64,000 nt of DNA from an uncultured Alphaproteobacteria bacterium. GTDB taxonomy: Bacteria > Pseudomonadota > Alphaproteobacteria > Rhizobiales > Xanthobacteraceae. Numbering within the stretch: the stretch's first letter is position 1; each line of letters starts with the position of its first letter. Positions 39,791 to 50,174 of this stretch are shown one piece after another. The position numbers and the translations under genes are program-made. The DNA lies in contig CAVYOM010000008.1 of assembly GCA_963770135.1 (NCBI GenBank), positions 59,720 to 123,719 of the forward strand, written 5' to 3'. A model generated the notes under the pieces. That model worked only from the letters and a program-made list of their open reading frames with translations, ran no database searches and had not been told where the DNA came from.

Positions 39791-40738
39791 TTATGCCTTG
39801 ATCAGTTCCATCACCGCCGCGGCAAACGCCTCGGGCGCTTCCTGCGGCAGATTGTGCCCGACCCGCGGCACCACGCGATGGACGCGGCGGCCGGTGAATT
39901 TCGACGCGCTGCGGGTGCCGTCGGTTGCCGGCGCAACGCCATCGCCGGCGCCGTCCAATGTTATCGGTCGGTACGGTGATCGGTGGCAGCGCCGCCAGCC
40001 TGCGCTGGATTTCAGCGTATTGCGGATCGCCGTCGGCCAGGCCAAAACGGTGGCGATAGCTGTGGATCACCACGATCGACGTAATCGGGATTGTCGTGGG
40101 CGATTGCGGTTCGCTCGAAACAGGCATCGTCGAACGGCCAGTTCGGCGACCATTGCGTCCACAATATTTTGGCGATTTCGCGCCGGTTGGCGGCCAGTCC
40201 CGCGCGGCCGCGCTCGAGCTGAAAGTAATACTGGTACCACAGCGCGACCTCCGCGCTCGGGGCGCTGCGGCGCCATCGCGTTGGCGATATCCTGGATCAG
40301 GTAGGAATTGACGCAGACAAGCCCGATGCAGCGCTCCGGCCATAGCGCCGCGCCGACGCAGGCCGCGCGGCCACCCCAGTCGTAACCGGCGAACACCGCG
40401 CGCTTGATCTCAAGCGCGTCCATCAGGGCCATCATGTCGGCGCCGACCGCCGCCTGCTCGCCCGAGCGCGGCGTCGCGGAATCGCGAAACCGGGTCGCCC
40501 CGTAGCCGCGCAGATAGGGAACGATGACGCGGCATCCCTGGGCCGCCAGTTGCGGCGCGACGTCGACATAGGAATGAACGTCGTAGGGGAAGCCATGCAT
40601 GAGCATCACCGCCGGCCCGTCGGCGGGACCCGCCTCGTAATAGGCGATACTCAGCACGCCGGCATCGACCTGGCGCAACGGCTCCAGCCGTTTCGTTGAC
40701 GGGGCATGCGGGGCCGAGGCGGCGGTCTTTTCAGTCAC
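39791..40738 (-). pseudogene. Alpha/beta hydrolase paralog with three +1 frameshifts (~40251, ~40076, ~39967)
   Basis: MHGFP, AGYDWGG, GHNLPQE; collinear with 38768-39787 once single extra bases are removed. Confidence 0.85.
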
Positions 40739-40891
40739 GGCAAACTCCCTGGGTGAATTTTACAATACGGCATTTTGTCCATCCCTGATGAAGCAATTCC
40801 GGCGCGCTGCCGTGCGCGAATGCCATCATGACGTCCACGGAATTCGGCGATACAGTACCCGCAGCGGCCTTTGCCGCGGATGGATCATGCC

Positions 40892-41722
40892 ATGCTGCGA
40901 TCGCTGAACGTATCCCTCGCCGTAGCCCTTGCCTTGCTCGGTTCACTGATCGCGCCTGCAGCCGCCCAGCAGCAGCCGTTGCGCAGCGAGTGCCTGGCGA
41001 TGGCGAACGCCCCGCCGCTCGCCGTGCCCGTCAGTCTTCGCCGCACCGCCGCCAAGGCCGAAGACGTCGCGATCACCTATGTCGGGCATTCCACCTATTA
41101 CATCGACACGCCCGGCGGCGTGCGGATCGCGACCGATTTCAACGGCGCCTACCGGACCGGGCGGCTGCCCGATGTCATCACCATGAACCGCGCGCACTCG
41201 ACCCACTATACTTTATTTCCCGATCCAAAAATTCCGCACGTCCTGCATGGCTGGGGCGAGAATGGACAGGCGGCGCATGTCTCAACGCGCGTCGGCGATG
41301 TCTATATCCGCAACGTCCCCACCGACATCCGCCGCTACTATGGCGAAGACTCCAGCGGCGCGATGATCAAGGACGGCAACTCGATCTTCATCTTCGAGGT
41401 CGCCGGCCTCTGCATCGGCCATCTCGGCCATCTGCATCACAAGCTCGACGACACCCATTTCGCGGCGATCGGCCGGCTCGATATCGTGATGGTGCCGATC
41501 GACGGCACCTACACGATGTCGCTCGACGGCGTCTCCGAGATCACCAAGCGGCTGCGCTCTGCCGTGGTGCTGCCGATGCACCGCTTCGCCACCCCGCTCG
41601 ATGAATTCATGCGCCTGATCGGCCAGCAATTCGTCATCGACCAGCGGACCGAGCGGACATTGAGGATTTCACGCGACACGCTGCCGGGCACGCCGACGGT
41701 GATCATTCTGGATGGGGTGTGA
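40892..41722 (+). CDS. Exported MBL-fold metallo-hydrolase
   Basis: ITYVGHS, MNRAHSTH, HLGHLHH, PMH; signal peptide. Confidence 0.85.
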   Translation: MLRSLNVSLAVALALLGSLIAPAAAQQQPLRSECLAMANAPPLAVPVSLRRTAAKAEDVAITYVGHSTYYIDTPGGVRIATDFNGAYRTGRLPDVITMNRAHSTHYTLFPDPKIPHVLHGWGENGQAAHVSTRVGDVYIRNVPTDIRRYYGEDSSGAMIKDGNSIFIFEVAGLCIGHLGHLHHKLDDTHFAAIGRLDIVMVPIDGTYTMSLDGVSEITKRLRSAVVLPMHRFATPLDEFMRLIGQQFVIDQRTERTLRISRDTLPGTPTVIILDGV

Positions 41723-41746
41723 CCGTGAGGCACAACCGCCAACTGC

Positions 41747-41824
41747 CGTCATTACGAGCGCAGCGAAGCAATCCATAGTGCCACACGCTGATAGATGGAT
41801 TGCTTCGCTGCGCTCGCAATGACG
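41747..41824. repeat. CGTC-type REP-like element (family D)
   Basis: CGTCATTACGAGCGCAGCGAAGCAATCCAT...ATGGATTGCTTCGCTGCGCTCGCAATGACG. Confidence 0.88.
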
Positions 41825-41860
41825 AAAATAAAAACCAACAACACCAGGGGAGAGAAACTC

Positions 41861-42913
41861 ATGGCCGTCAGCACTGCACCCGCCTCCAAGAGCGGGCTCT
41901 ACGCCGATCCGCGCGAAGACTGGCTGGCGCAGTACACCGAGGCGATCATCGATCCCGCCCGTCCGATCGTCGATCCGCATCACCACCTTTGGGACCGCGG
42001 CGGCCTGCGTTACATGATCGAGGAGATGGCGGCCGACATTGCCTCCGGCCACAACATCATCGCCACTGTCTATGTCGATTGCCGCTCGATGTACCGCGCA
42101 CACGGCCCTGAGGCGTTCCGGCCCGTCGGCGAGGTCGAGTTCGCCAATGGCGTGGCGGCGATGGCCGCAAGCGGCGGCTATGGCAAGGCCGCGATCTGCG
42201 CCGGCATCGTCAGCCACGTCAATCTGCTGCTGGGCGACGGCGCGAAGGCGGTGCTGGAGGCGGAGATCGTTGCCGGCAATGGCCGCTTTCGCGGCATCCG
42301 GCATTCCTCCGCGTGGGATGCCGATCCCAATGTGGCCGGCATGTATGCGACGCGCCCAAAGGGCCTATTGCTCGACAGCACGTTTCGAAAGGGTTTTGCC
42401 TGCCTCGCGCCGCTGGGCCTGAGTTTCGATGCCTGGCTGTTTCATCCGCAGATCGGCGAACTCGCCGACCTCGCCCGCACCTTTCCCGGCACCAAAATCG
42501 TGCTCGATCACTGCGGCGGGCCGATCGGCATCGGCAGCTATGCCGGGCGGCGCGAGGAAATCTTTCCGGTGTGGAAAGCCTCGATCCAGGAAATCGCCAA
42601 ATGCGAAAACGTCGTCGTCAAGCTCGGCGGCCTCGCGATGTGCCTGCTCGGCTACGATTTTCATCTGCGGCCCAAGCCGCCGTCTTCCGAGGAAGCCGCG
42701 GCCGCGTGGCGCCCCTACATCGAAACCTGCATCGAGGCTTTCGGGCCCAACCGATGCATGTTCGAGAGCAACTTTCCGCCGGATAAAGGCCAGTGCAGCT
42801 ATCAGGTGATCTTCAACGCCTTCAAGCGACTGGCCGCGCAGTACAGCGAGGCCGAGAAGACCTCACTGTTCTCGAAGACGGCGACGGAATTTTACAAGCT
42901 CAAACTCGATTGA
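41861..42913 (+). CDS. Amidohydrolase_2-family protein
   Basis: DPHHHLW, FRGIR, LDHCG, VKLGG, RCMFESNFP. Confidence 0.9.
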   Translation: MAVSTAPASKSGLYADPREDWLAQYTEAIIDPARPIVDPHHHLWDRGGLRYMIEEMAADIASGHNIIATVYVDCRSMYRAHGPEAFRPVGEVEFANGVAAMAASGGYGKAAICAGIVSHVNLLLGDGAKAVLEAEIVAGNGRFRGIRHSSAWDADPNVAGMYATRPKGLLLDSTFRKGFACLAPLGLSFDAWLFHPQIGELADLARTFPGTKIVLDHCGGPIGIGSYAGRREEIFPVWKASIQEIAKCENVVVKLGGLAMCLLGYDFHLRPKPPSSEEAAAAWRPYIETCIEAFGPNRCMFESNFPPDKGQCSYQVIFNAFKRLAAQYSEAEKTSLFSKTATEFYKLKLD

Positions 42914-42937
42914 CGACGGCCGGCGTGAGAGATCGTC

Positions 42938-44194
42938 TCACGCCCACTCGCCCTTGCGAAACACCGGGACGCTGCGGCCGTCGGCATGGATGCCGTCGAT
43001 GTCGGTCTCGGCCGACCCGATCATCCAGTCGATGTGAATCAGGCTCTTGTTGCCGCCCTGCGCCGCGATCTGCGCCGGGGTCAGCTTGTCGCCGCCGACG
43101 AAGCATTTCGAGTAGCACTGGCCGAGCGCAATATGCGAGGCGGCGTTCTCGTCGAACAGCGTGTTGAAGAACAACAGCCCACTTTTCGAGATCGGCGAGG
43201 AATGCGGCACCAGTGCCACTTCGCCGAGGCGGGCGGCGCCCTCATCGGTGTCGAGCACCTTCTTCAGCACCTCCTCGCCGCGCGAGGCCTTTGCCTCGAC
43301 GATGCGGCCTTCCTCGAACCGCACCGCGATGTTGTCGATCAGGGTGCCCTGATAGGACAGCGGCTTTGAAGAGACGACATGGCCGCTGACGCGACGGCAA
43401 TGCGGCGTGGTGAAGACTTCTTCGGTCGGGATATTGGCGTTGCAGGTGATGCCGTTCCTGGCGGTCGAGGCGCCCCCTTCCCATTCGTGGCCGTCGGCAA
43501 GACCGATTGTCAGATCGGTGCCCGGGCCGGAATATTTCAGCGCGTGGAAACGCTGGCCGTTCAGCCAGTCGGTCCGCTCGCGCAGGACCGCGTTGTGCCT
43601 TTCCCAGGCCGCAACGGCGCCGTCCTGATCGACGCGGGATGCCGCAAAGATCGCGTCCGCCAGTTTTGCTACTGCGACGTCCTCCGGAACATCGGGAAAC
43701 ACCTGTTTGGCCCAGGACGGGCTCGGATAGGCGATGATGTTCCAGTTGGTGTCGAAATTGACGATCTTCTCCAGCGCCGGCTGATAGGCGATCGAATTGG
43801 CCTTGCTGGCGCGCGCTACCTTCGCCGGATCCTCGCCCGACAGCAGCATCGGATTGTCACCGACGATGGCCAGCCGCGCGGTGTTGGCGGTGAACGCCTT
43901 CGCCATGCCCTCATAAAGCCAGCCGGCGGCGCGATCGAAGCTTTCGTTGTGACCGTAGCGATAGCGCGCCAGCGTGATCTCCTCATCCGACAGGAACGGG
44001 GTCACGATTCCAGCGCCGGCCCTGTAGGCATGTTCGGCAATCCGGCGCACCAGCGGCAGCGCGACCGAGGGCGCGGTCAGCAGCAGGTCCTGTCCCGGCT
44101 GCAGCCGCAAGCCGACCTTGACGGCGACTTCGGCGAGGCGGTCGAGTTTCACGGGATCGATCGAGGCGGAAACGTTGCGCTGATGTGCGGTCAT
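42938..44194 (-). CDS. Aminopeptidase, M29 (AmpS/PepS/AmpT) family
   Basis: NIPTEEVFT, LGEVALV, LFDENAASHIALG, SLIHIDWM. Confidence 0.93.
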   Translation of the reverse strand: MTAHQRNVSASIDPVKLDRLAEVAVKVGLRLQPGQDLLLTAPSVALPLVRRIAEHAYRAGAGIVTPFLSDEEITLARYRYGHNESFDRAAGWLYEGMAKAFTANTARLAIVGDNPMLLSGEDPAKVARASKANSIAYQPALEKIVNFDTNWNIIAYPSPSWAKQVFPDVPEDVAVAKLADAIFAASRVDQDGAVAAWERHNAVLRERTDWLNGQRFHALKYSGPGTDLTIGLADGHEWEGGASTARNGITCNANIPTEEVFTTPHCRRVSGHVVSSKPLSYQGTLIDNIAVRFEEGRIVEAKASRGEEVLKKVLDTDEGAARLGEVALVPHSSPISKSGLLFFNTLFDENAASHIALGQCYSKCFVGGDKLTPAQIAAQGGNKSLIHIDWMIGSAETDIDGIHADGRSVPVFRKGEWA

Positions 44195-44246
44195 GATTCT
44201 CTTTGGCCAGATGGATATCGCGGCCCCAAAGCTCAGCCCGCCAGAA

Positions 44247-44981
44247 TCAGGCCAAGGCGAGCGAGGCGCCCGAGATCAGCAATAGCACAAGAATCGTTCT
44301 TCGAAACCCGACCTCGTTGATGTTCCGGAATGCAACAATGCCGAGCGCAGAACCCGCAAGCAGCGCCGGCAGGCTGACGGCGAGGTCGATCACGAGCCTG
44401 GAAGACAGGCTTTGGCGCTCAAGCAATAGCGCCAGCGCTAGCACCTGCATGATGGCGATGAACGGCTGCACCAGCCCGCGCTGGTCGCTCTTCGGCAGGC
44501 CCCGCATGTCGCACCAGATGGTCGGAATGGCGCCGGGCATCGCCGTCAAGCCGCCGACCAGGCCGCCGCCGAATCCGATCAGCGCTGTGAGATGGCGGCT
44601 GGTTGTTGCGGTACCCCGCGCCAGCGACGGCCGGAACAGCATGTAGCCGGCGTAGAGGGCGACGATGATCCCGAACGCAATCCGCAGAATATGCGTGTCG
44701 GCATTCTGCAGCAGATAAATCGCCACCGGGATGCCGAGTGCGCCGCCGACGATCAGGAGCAGGCTGCCTTCCCACTGGATGTTCCGGCGCAGTGCCCATA
44801 AATTGGCGGCCTGCACGCCGATGCTGCATGCCATCATCAGCGGTACCGCCTCCATCGGCTGGAAAATGCGCAGCAGGATCGCGCCTGCGACCGCGGAGAA
44901 TGCGAAGCCGGCAAGGCTCGAGACAAAAGCACCGGCAAACACGGCGACGCTTAATAGAATATTGGTCGCCAGATCCGTCAT
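44247..44981 (-). CDS. TauE/SafE (TSUP) family permease
   Basis: About 8 TM segments, LAGFAFS, GG..GG.T. Confidence 0.82.
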   Translation of the reverse strand: MTDLATNILLSVAVFAGAFVSSLAGFAFSAVAGAILLRIFQPMEAVPLMMACSIGVQAANLWALRRNIQWEGSLLLIVGGALGIPVAIYLLQNADTHILRIAFGIIVALYAGYMLFRPSLARGTATTSRHLTALIGFGGGLVGGLTAMPGAIPTIWCDMRGLPKSDQRGLVQPFIAIMQVLALALLLERQSLSSRLVIDLAVSLPALLAGSALGIVAFRNINEVGFRRTILVLLLISGASLALA

Positions 44982-45004
44982 ATGTTTCGCCCCTCACAGG
45001 TCGG

Positions 45005-45199
45005 CTAGTCGAATGGTAGTGACGCCCCCGCCGGTGTTACTTCCGCCGGGCACTTTGCCTCGTCGTCCGGCATAACAACCGACGCATGCGCCTGCGACCG
45101 GCCGAGCAGGTCGCCGCCTGCGACGTGGAGGACCAGTATGAGGATGGCGATGATGGAGAGTGCAGTAATGCTGAGCGGGGTTACGTCACGCGAATTCAT
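45005..45199 (-). CDS. Small hypothetical membrane/secreted protein
   Basis: One hydrophobic helix, C-terminal SLPFD; overlaps the upstream ORF. Confidence 0.55.
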   Translation of the reverse strand: MNSRDVTPLSITALSIIAILILVLHVAGGDLLGRSQAHASVVMPDDEAKCPAEVTPAGASLPFD

Positions 45200-45464
45200 T
45201 CCGGGCGTTCTGGCGCGCCTGGTGGATGGCGTGGACGAGCGTGCTATTTCCGTGGGCATTTAGGCTGCTCTTTTCATTTTGTCGGAATTGCGGCACATGG
45301 CTCGCGGGACGAATCTGAGCCTGTCCGGCAATCAGATGACGGTAGCGGCGCAGTACCCGTATCGCGTTGCGGCGCCGCGAGCGGTGAAGCGCTTCGAGCA
45401 GGAGCCTGAAGAACCCCTTGCGCTGGGTGCGCGGCCTGGACTCGCCTTCGGAGAAAGTACGCAT
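45186..45464 (-). CDS. Small basic hypothetical protein
   Basis: LLEALHRSRRRNAIRVLRRYRHLI; operon-like overlap with the next ORF. Confidence 0.55.
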   Translation of the reverse strand: MRTFSEGESRPRTQRKGFFRLLLEALHRSRRRNAIRVLRRYRHLIAGQAQIRPASHVPQFRQNEKSSLNAHGNSTLVHAIHQARQNARNEFA

Positions 45465-45747
45465 CGATGACGCCCCGCATGCTGGTGATTCGCGTGGGCA
45501 AAATGTCAGCCTGCGCGGAAAAGGCCTGTGAGATAGTTCACAGGACCTTCGTCGCACGAGACAAATGGACGTGAGGAAGCTTGATGAACCCTTGAGACGC
45601 GCTTGAGGCGAGAGGCGTCGATGTCATCCTTATACAAGCCGCGGCTTTTGCCGTGGCTCCAACGCGTATCAACTCAGCGCTTCGACACGGCCAACACGCT
45701 GGTCCGCAATCTCAAGCGCTGAACCCCGCCGAAATATCCGCCGGGAT

Positions 45748-46458
45748 TCACCAGTTCTCGTGCGAGGTTCGCACGTCGAGTTCGAACGACCAGGCCCGGC
45801 GCGGCTGCTTGTGAAGAAAAACGAACCCATCGACGATGCCGTCGATGCTGATCAGTCGATCCTCGCGGCTAGCCGCGTCAGGGAAACGCTTTCTTATCTT
45901 TTCGCCGCCGATCGCACCATCGACCACCACGTGGCCGACATGGATGCCGTCGCTTGCGTATTCCTTCGCCATCGCCTGCGCCAACGTGCGAAGCCCAGCC
46001 TTGGACGAGTTGAACGCACCGTAGCCCGGCCGTCCCCTGAGCGACGCGCTCGCACCCGTGAACAACAGCGTGCCTGCGCCTTTCGGAACCATGCGGCGGA
46101 CGGCTTCACGCCCGAACAAGAAGCCGCCAAAGCATACGACGCGCCAGCTCTGCTCGAAATAGCCGGCCTCCATATCGATGATCTTGCCTGGCGTATTGTT
46201 GCCTGCATTGTAGATCGCCAGTTCGAGGTCGCTGCCTGCCTGGTCGAACAGCGCGACGATATCGGCTTCGCTGGTCGCGTCCGCAACCACGGAAACTGCA
46301 CGCCCACCCGCGGCGACGATATCGGCCACGACGGCATTGAGCGCCGCCTCGGTCCGGCCGGCGACCAGAACATTGAGGCCCTCAGCCGCAAAGCGTTTGC
46401 ATAGCTGCGCGCCAAGGCCTTGATCCGGACCAACACCGATGACGATTGCCGTTCCCAT
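45748..46458 (-). CDS. Short-chain dehydrogenase/reductase (atypical FxxxK subgroup)
   Basis: GVGPDQGLG, YNAG, FTGASAS, AFNSSK. Confidence 0.88.
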   Translation of the reverse strand: MGTAIVIGVGPDQGLGAQLCKRFAAEGLNVLVAGRTEAALNAVVADIVAAGGRAVSVVADATSEADIVALFDQAGSDLELAIYNAGNNTPGKIIDMEAGYFEQSWRVVCFGGFLFGREAVRRMVPKGAGTLLFTGASASLRGRPGYGAFNSSKAGLRTLAQAMAKEYASDGIHVGHVVVDGAIGGEKIRKRFPDAASREDRLISIDGIVDGFVFLHKQPRRAWSFELDVRTSHENW

Positions 46459-46597
46459 GGAAGCCGCTCCTGCAACGATTGAACACAGCGAGAGCCTTTT
46501 TATATGACGATCATCATTACTACAATGCTTTTGGCCGAACCTGGGCACAGCTTCACCCCCAGTTCACGGGGATATGAAGTCGTGCTCGCCTGGCCGT

Positions 46598-46888
46598 TCA
46601 GGACAGGCCTCTCACCGTGAGCACAATGGCGTCGGCGCCCGCTTTTCGATCCACCGATATCTCCTGATATTCGGGAGAATTCTGGAATTCCTGCGCGGCG
46701 GCGTCATCCGGGAATTCCATGATCACGACCTTGTCGCGCGGCCATTCGCCTTCCAGCACCACCGGATGCGCGTCCGCAGCCAGCAGCTTGCCCCTGAACT
46801 TCTTGAACACGCCCATGAAGCGCGACTGGTAGCGGTCGTAGAGTTCGCGGCGGGTGAATTTCAGTTGGGCGATGATGTAGACGCTCAT
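46598..46888 (-). CDS. DUF1330-family protein
   Basis: MSVYIIA...VLEGEWP..VVIMEFPD..A..F.NSPEYQ. Confidence 0.85.
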   Translation of the reverse strand: MSVYIIAQLKFTRRELYDRYQSRFMGVFKKFRGKLLAADAHPVVLEGEWPRDKVVIMEFPDDAAAQEFQNSPEYQEISVDRKAGADAIVLTVRGLS

Positions 46889-46909
46889 GATCGTCCCCTG
46901 TTCGGTGCA

Positions 46910-47914
46910 TTACTCGGGCTGAATGCCGGCAACGCGCGTATACTCGGTCCAGCGTTCGCGCTCCGCCCGCACTTCGGCTTCACAGGCGGCGAGATCCGTA
47001 ATGTCCCACGACAGTCCGAACTCGTCCATCCGACTTCGTACCGCGGGCGCGGCCAGGGCTTCGTTGATCAGCCCGTTTAATTGCTCGACGATATCGCGAG
47101 GCGTGGCCGATGGGACGGCCATGCCGAGGAAGCCGGTGAGCTCGAAGCCCGGAAAGGTCTCGGCGACGGCCGGCACATCGGGCGTGGCCGGCGCACGCTT
47201 CAACCGCGTGATCGCCAGCGGACGAAGCTGGCCATTCTGCAGATATTGATTTGAGGCGGTCGTATCCATGAACAGGCAATTGATTTCACCGCCGATCAAA
47301 TCCGCCACCGCATTTGCGATCGCGCGATAGGGCACGCCCTGCAGCTCGACCCCGGCGAGCTTGCCGAGATACTCCGGCGGCGTGCGCGAGGAGGCATTGA
47401 AGTAGCCGAAGGTGAGTTTGCCGGGCGCGGCCTTGGCGGCAGCGATGAAATCGGCAAGGTCGCGCCATGGCGCCTGCGGCCGCACCATCAGGTAGCTGCC
47501 GCTGGAACGAAACACGCCGACGACGGTGAAGTCCGCGGCAGGATCGTACGACAGGCTTCGCACAAGGCTGACATTGGCGGCGTGGGTACTGGTGGTGATC
47601 AGCAGCACCGTATGGCCGTCGGGCTCGGCGATCTTCACCGCCATGGTGCCGATGATGCCGTTGGCGCCGGGGCGGTTGTCGATGACGACCGCCTGTTTGG
47701 TCTTCTCCTCGATCTGCTTGCCGATCAGGCGCGCCGTGATATCGCCCGACCCGCCCGGCCCGAACGGCACGATGATCTTGATCGGCCGGGACGGATATTG
47801 CGCGGCGCTGACACGGGAAGGCATCAACGTCGCTGCAAACAGCGTGAGAACAGAACGGCGGTCGATTACGCCGGCGCCATGTGAGCCCGTGTTTCGCCTG
47901 AAGCCGGTATCCAT
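46910..47914 (-). CDS. Bug/TctC-family substrate-binding protein
   Basis: YPSRPIKIIVPFGPGG..D, NRPGANG, VPYR. Confidence 0.9.
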   Translation of the reverse strand: MDTGFRRNTGSHGAGVIDRRSVLTLFAATLMPSRVSAAQYPSRPIKIIVPFGPGGSGDITARLIGKQIEEKTKQAVVIDNRPGANGIIGTMAVKIAEPDGHTVLLITTSTHAANVSLVRSLSYDPAADFTVVGVFRSSGSYLMVRPQAPWRDLADFIAAAKAAPGKLTFGYFNASSRTPPEYLGKLAGVELQGVPYRAIANAVADLIGGEINCLFMDTTASNQYLQNGQLRPLAITRLKRAPATPDVPAVAETFPGFELTGFLGMAVPSATPRDIVEQLNGLINEALAAPAVRSRMDEFGLSWDITDLAACEAEVRAERERWTEYTRVAGIQPE

Positions 47915-47966
47915 GACGCGCCTCCGTCAGATCGGCGGCAGCGGCGCAAGATGGAGATCCCGCCGG

Positions 47967-49856
47967 TCAGCCCCGAAACTTCTTCTTTTTCTTCTTGCCG
48001 AATGCGGGCTTGGCAGACGCTCCAGTTTCGTGGCGCGGCTTTCCCGCGTGCGCCTGCTCGCCCCGATCCCGTCTTTTGGTATCGTACTGCGGCTTCTTGT
48101 CAAACGCCGGCTTGTCGGAGGCCTTTGCGTTTTTGCCGTGCGGCTTCGGTGTCCATTCCTTCTCGCGAACCTGCTCGCGCGGCGCGTCTTTCATCGCCTC
48201 AATGCGGATATTGTCTTCCTTGTCGGGACGGCGGATCTTGACGGCAAAGGACTCCGCGGCACGGGCGGAAATCTCGAATTCGGTGGTGGTGTCCATGATG
48301 CGGATGGCGCCGATGTCAGACTTGTCGATACCGCCCCGGCGGCAGATCATCGGCAACAGCCAGCGCGCTTCCGCGTTCTTCCGGCTGCCGATGGAGGCGC
48401 TGAACCAGACGCTGCCTTCGCCCATGCCGTGACGCACCGATGACTTCCCCTTCTTCGGTCGCGGCGCAGTGCTGCGATCGTCGCCGCGCGGGGAGCGGCC
48501 TTCCCTTTCCCGGCCGCGATCCTCGCGGGACCGGCCACTGCCCTGCCCGGGATCGAGAATGTCCTCAGGCGACGGCAGCCGCGCGCGATAAAGCCGCGCC
48601 AGCGCGGCGGCGATGTCCTCCGCCGACCGCTCGGCGAGCAAGGCCTGCGCCAGCGCCAGATCCTCAGGCGTCGTTTCCTCCGAAAACAGCGCATCTTTCA
48701 GCATGCGCTCCTGATCGAGTTTGCGAATTTCATCCGGCTGGGGCGCCGTGCCCCAGACCGTGTCGATGCCGGCCAGATTCAGCAGCACCTCGGCGCGCCG
48801 CCGGCGCGCGGGCGGCACCAAAATGATGCTGACGCCCTTGCGGCCCGCGCGGCCGGTACGGCCCGAGCGATGCTGCATGACTTCCGGATCGTTCGGAATA
48901 TCGGCGTGAATGACGAGGTCGAGATTCGGCAGATCGATACCGCGCGCAGCAACGTCGGTCGCCACACAGACGCGGGCGCGGCCATCCCGCAACGCCTGCA
49001 GCGCCTGGGTTCGCTCGTTCTGGGTCAGTTCGCCTGACAGCGCGACCACGGAGAAGCCACGCTCCAGCAGCGTCGCCTGCAGATGCCGGACGGCTTCGCG
49101 CGTATTGCAAAACACCAGCGCGCTCGGCGATTCGTAGAACCGCAGAATATTGACGACCGCGTGTTCGACATCGCCGGCCGCGATCCGGATCGCGCGATAC
49201 TCGATGTCGGCATGACCGCCCTCGTCGCCTGCAACTTCGACACGAAAGGCCTGCTGCTGATATTCCTTCGCCAGCGCGATGATGCCGCGCGGCAAGGTCG
49301 CCGAGAACAGCAGCGTGCGGCGTTCTCCCGGCGTGGCCTCAAGGATGAATTCCATGTCCTCGCGAAAACCGAGATCGAGCATCTCGTCAGCTTCGTCGAG
49401 CACGATCGCCTTCAGCTCCGAAACATCGAGCCGGCCGCGCCGCAAATGGTCGCAGAGCCGTCCGGGCGTACCGACCACGATGTGGGCGCCCGCGGCGAGT
49501 TCGCGCTGCTCACGTCGCGGATCCATACCGCCGACGCAGGAAACCACGCGCGCGTCGGCATATTGATAGAGCCATGCGAGTTCGCGATGCACCTGAAGCG
49601 CCAGTTCGCGCGTCGGCGCGACGATCAGCGCCAGGGGGGCTGCGGCCCGCTCGAACCGCTCGGCGCCGTCCAGCAGGTTATTCGCAAGCGCCAGGCCATA
49701 GGCGACCGTTTTGCCCGAGCCGGTCTGCGCCGAAACCAGCAGGTCGCGGCCGGCGGCATCGTCCGCGAGCACCGCGGTCTGGACCTGTGTTAGGCGATCG
49801 AAGTTGCGCTCCGCCAAAGCTCGGGCGAGCGGCGGGTGGGTGGGCAATAATGTCAC
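47967..49856 (-). CDS. DEAD-box RNA helicase with DbpA-type RNA-binding domain and basic tail
   Basis: AQTGSGKT, PTRELA, DEAD, SAT, HRSGRTGRAG. Confidence 0.95.
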   Translation of the reverse strand: MTLLPTHPPLARALAERNFDRLTQVQTAVLADDAAGRDLLVSAQTGSGKTVAYGLALANNLLDGAERFERAAAPLALIVAPTRELALQVHRELAWLYQYADARVVSCVGGMDPRREQRELAAGAHIVVGTPGRLCDHLRRGRLDVSELKAIVLDEADEMLDLGFREDMEFILEATPGERRTLLFSATLPRGIIALAKEYQQQAFRVEVAGDEGGHADIEYRAIRIAAGDVEHAVVNILRFYESPSALVFCNTREAVRHLQATLLERGFSVVALSGELTQNERTQALQALRDGRARVCVATDVAARGIDLPNLDLVIHADIPNDPEVMQHRSGRTGRAGRKGVSIILVPPARRRRAEVLLNLAGIDTVWGTAPQPDEIRKLDQERMLKDALFSEETTPEDLALAQALLAERSAEDIAAALARLYRARLPSPEDILDPGQGSGRSREDRGREREGRSPRGDDRSTAPRPKKGKSSVRHGMGEGSVWFSASIGSRKNAEARWLLPMICRRGGIDKSDIGAIRIMDTTTEFEISARAAESFAVKIRRPDKEDNIRIEAMKDAPREQVREKEWTPKPHGKNAKASDKPAFDKKPQYDTKRRDRGEQAHAGKPRHETGASAKPAFGKKKKKKFRG

Positions 49857-50174
49857 GAGATGTCAGACCTCAGGTTGGCTCTATCAGCCGGAAATGTTGA
49901 ATACCGCCTCGAACCGAAATGGCTCGAGGCTTGCGCGTTTCACAAAGCGCAGCCGTGCGGCCTGACCGATTTCACTGAGGTTGCGGGTGCTTTAGGCGAA
50001 AACCAGCCAATACGCCATCCATTCTTTGCAGGCCAGCCGATCACTTCTGCGACGGTTAACCTCTCACGGGACATGGAGCGACGCTGGGAATCAGGGAATG
50101 ATCGGCTACACTGCGGTTTTGAGGCGTTTTACGCATATTTTCACATCAGCCGTCGTTCAGGGGGGCCGTACACC

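Noticed and set aside
45620-45722. 33-codon ORF MSSLYKPRLLPW...NLKR
   Set aside because: Too short, with no recognisable motif; may be a remnant or chance.
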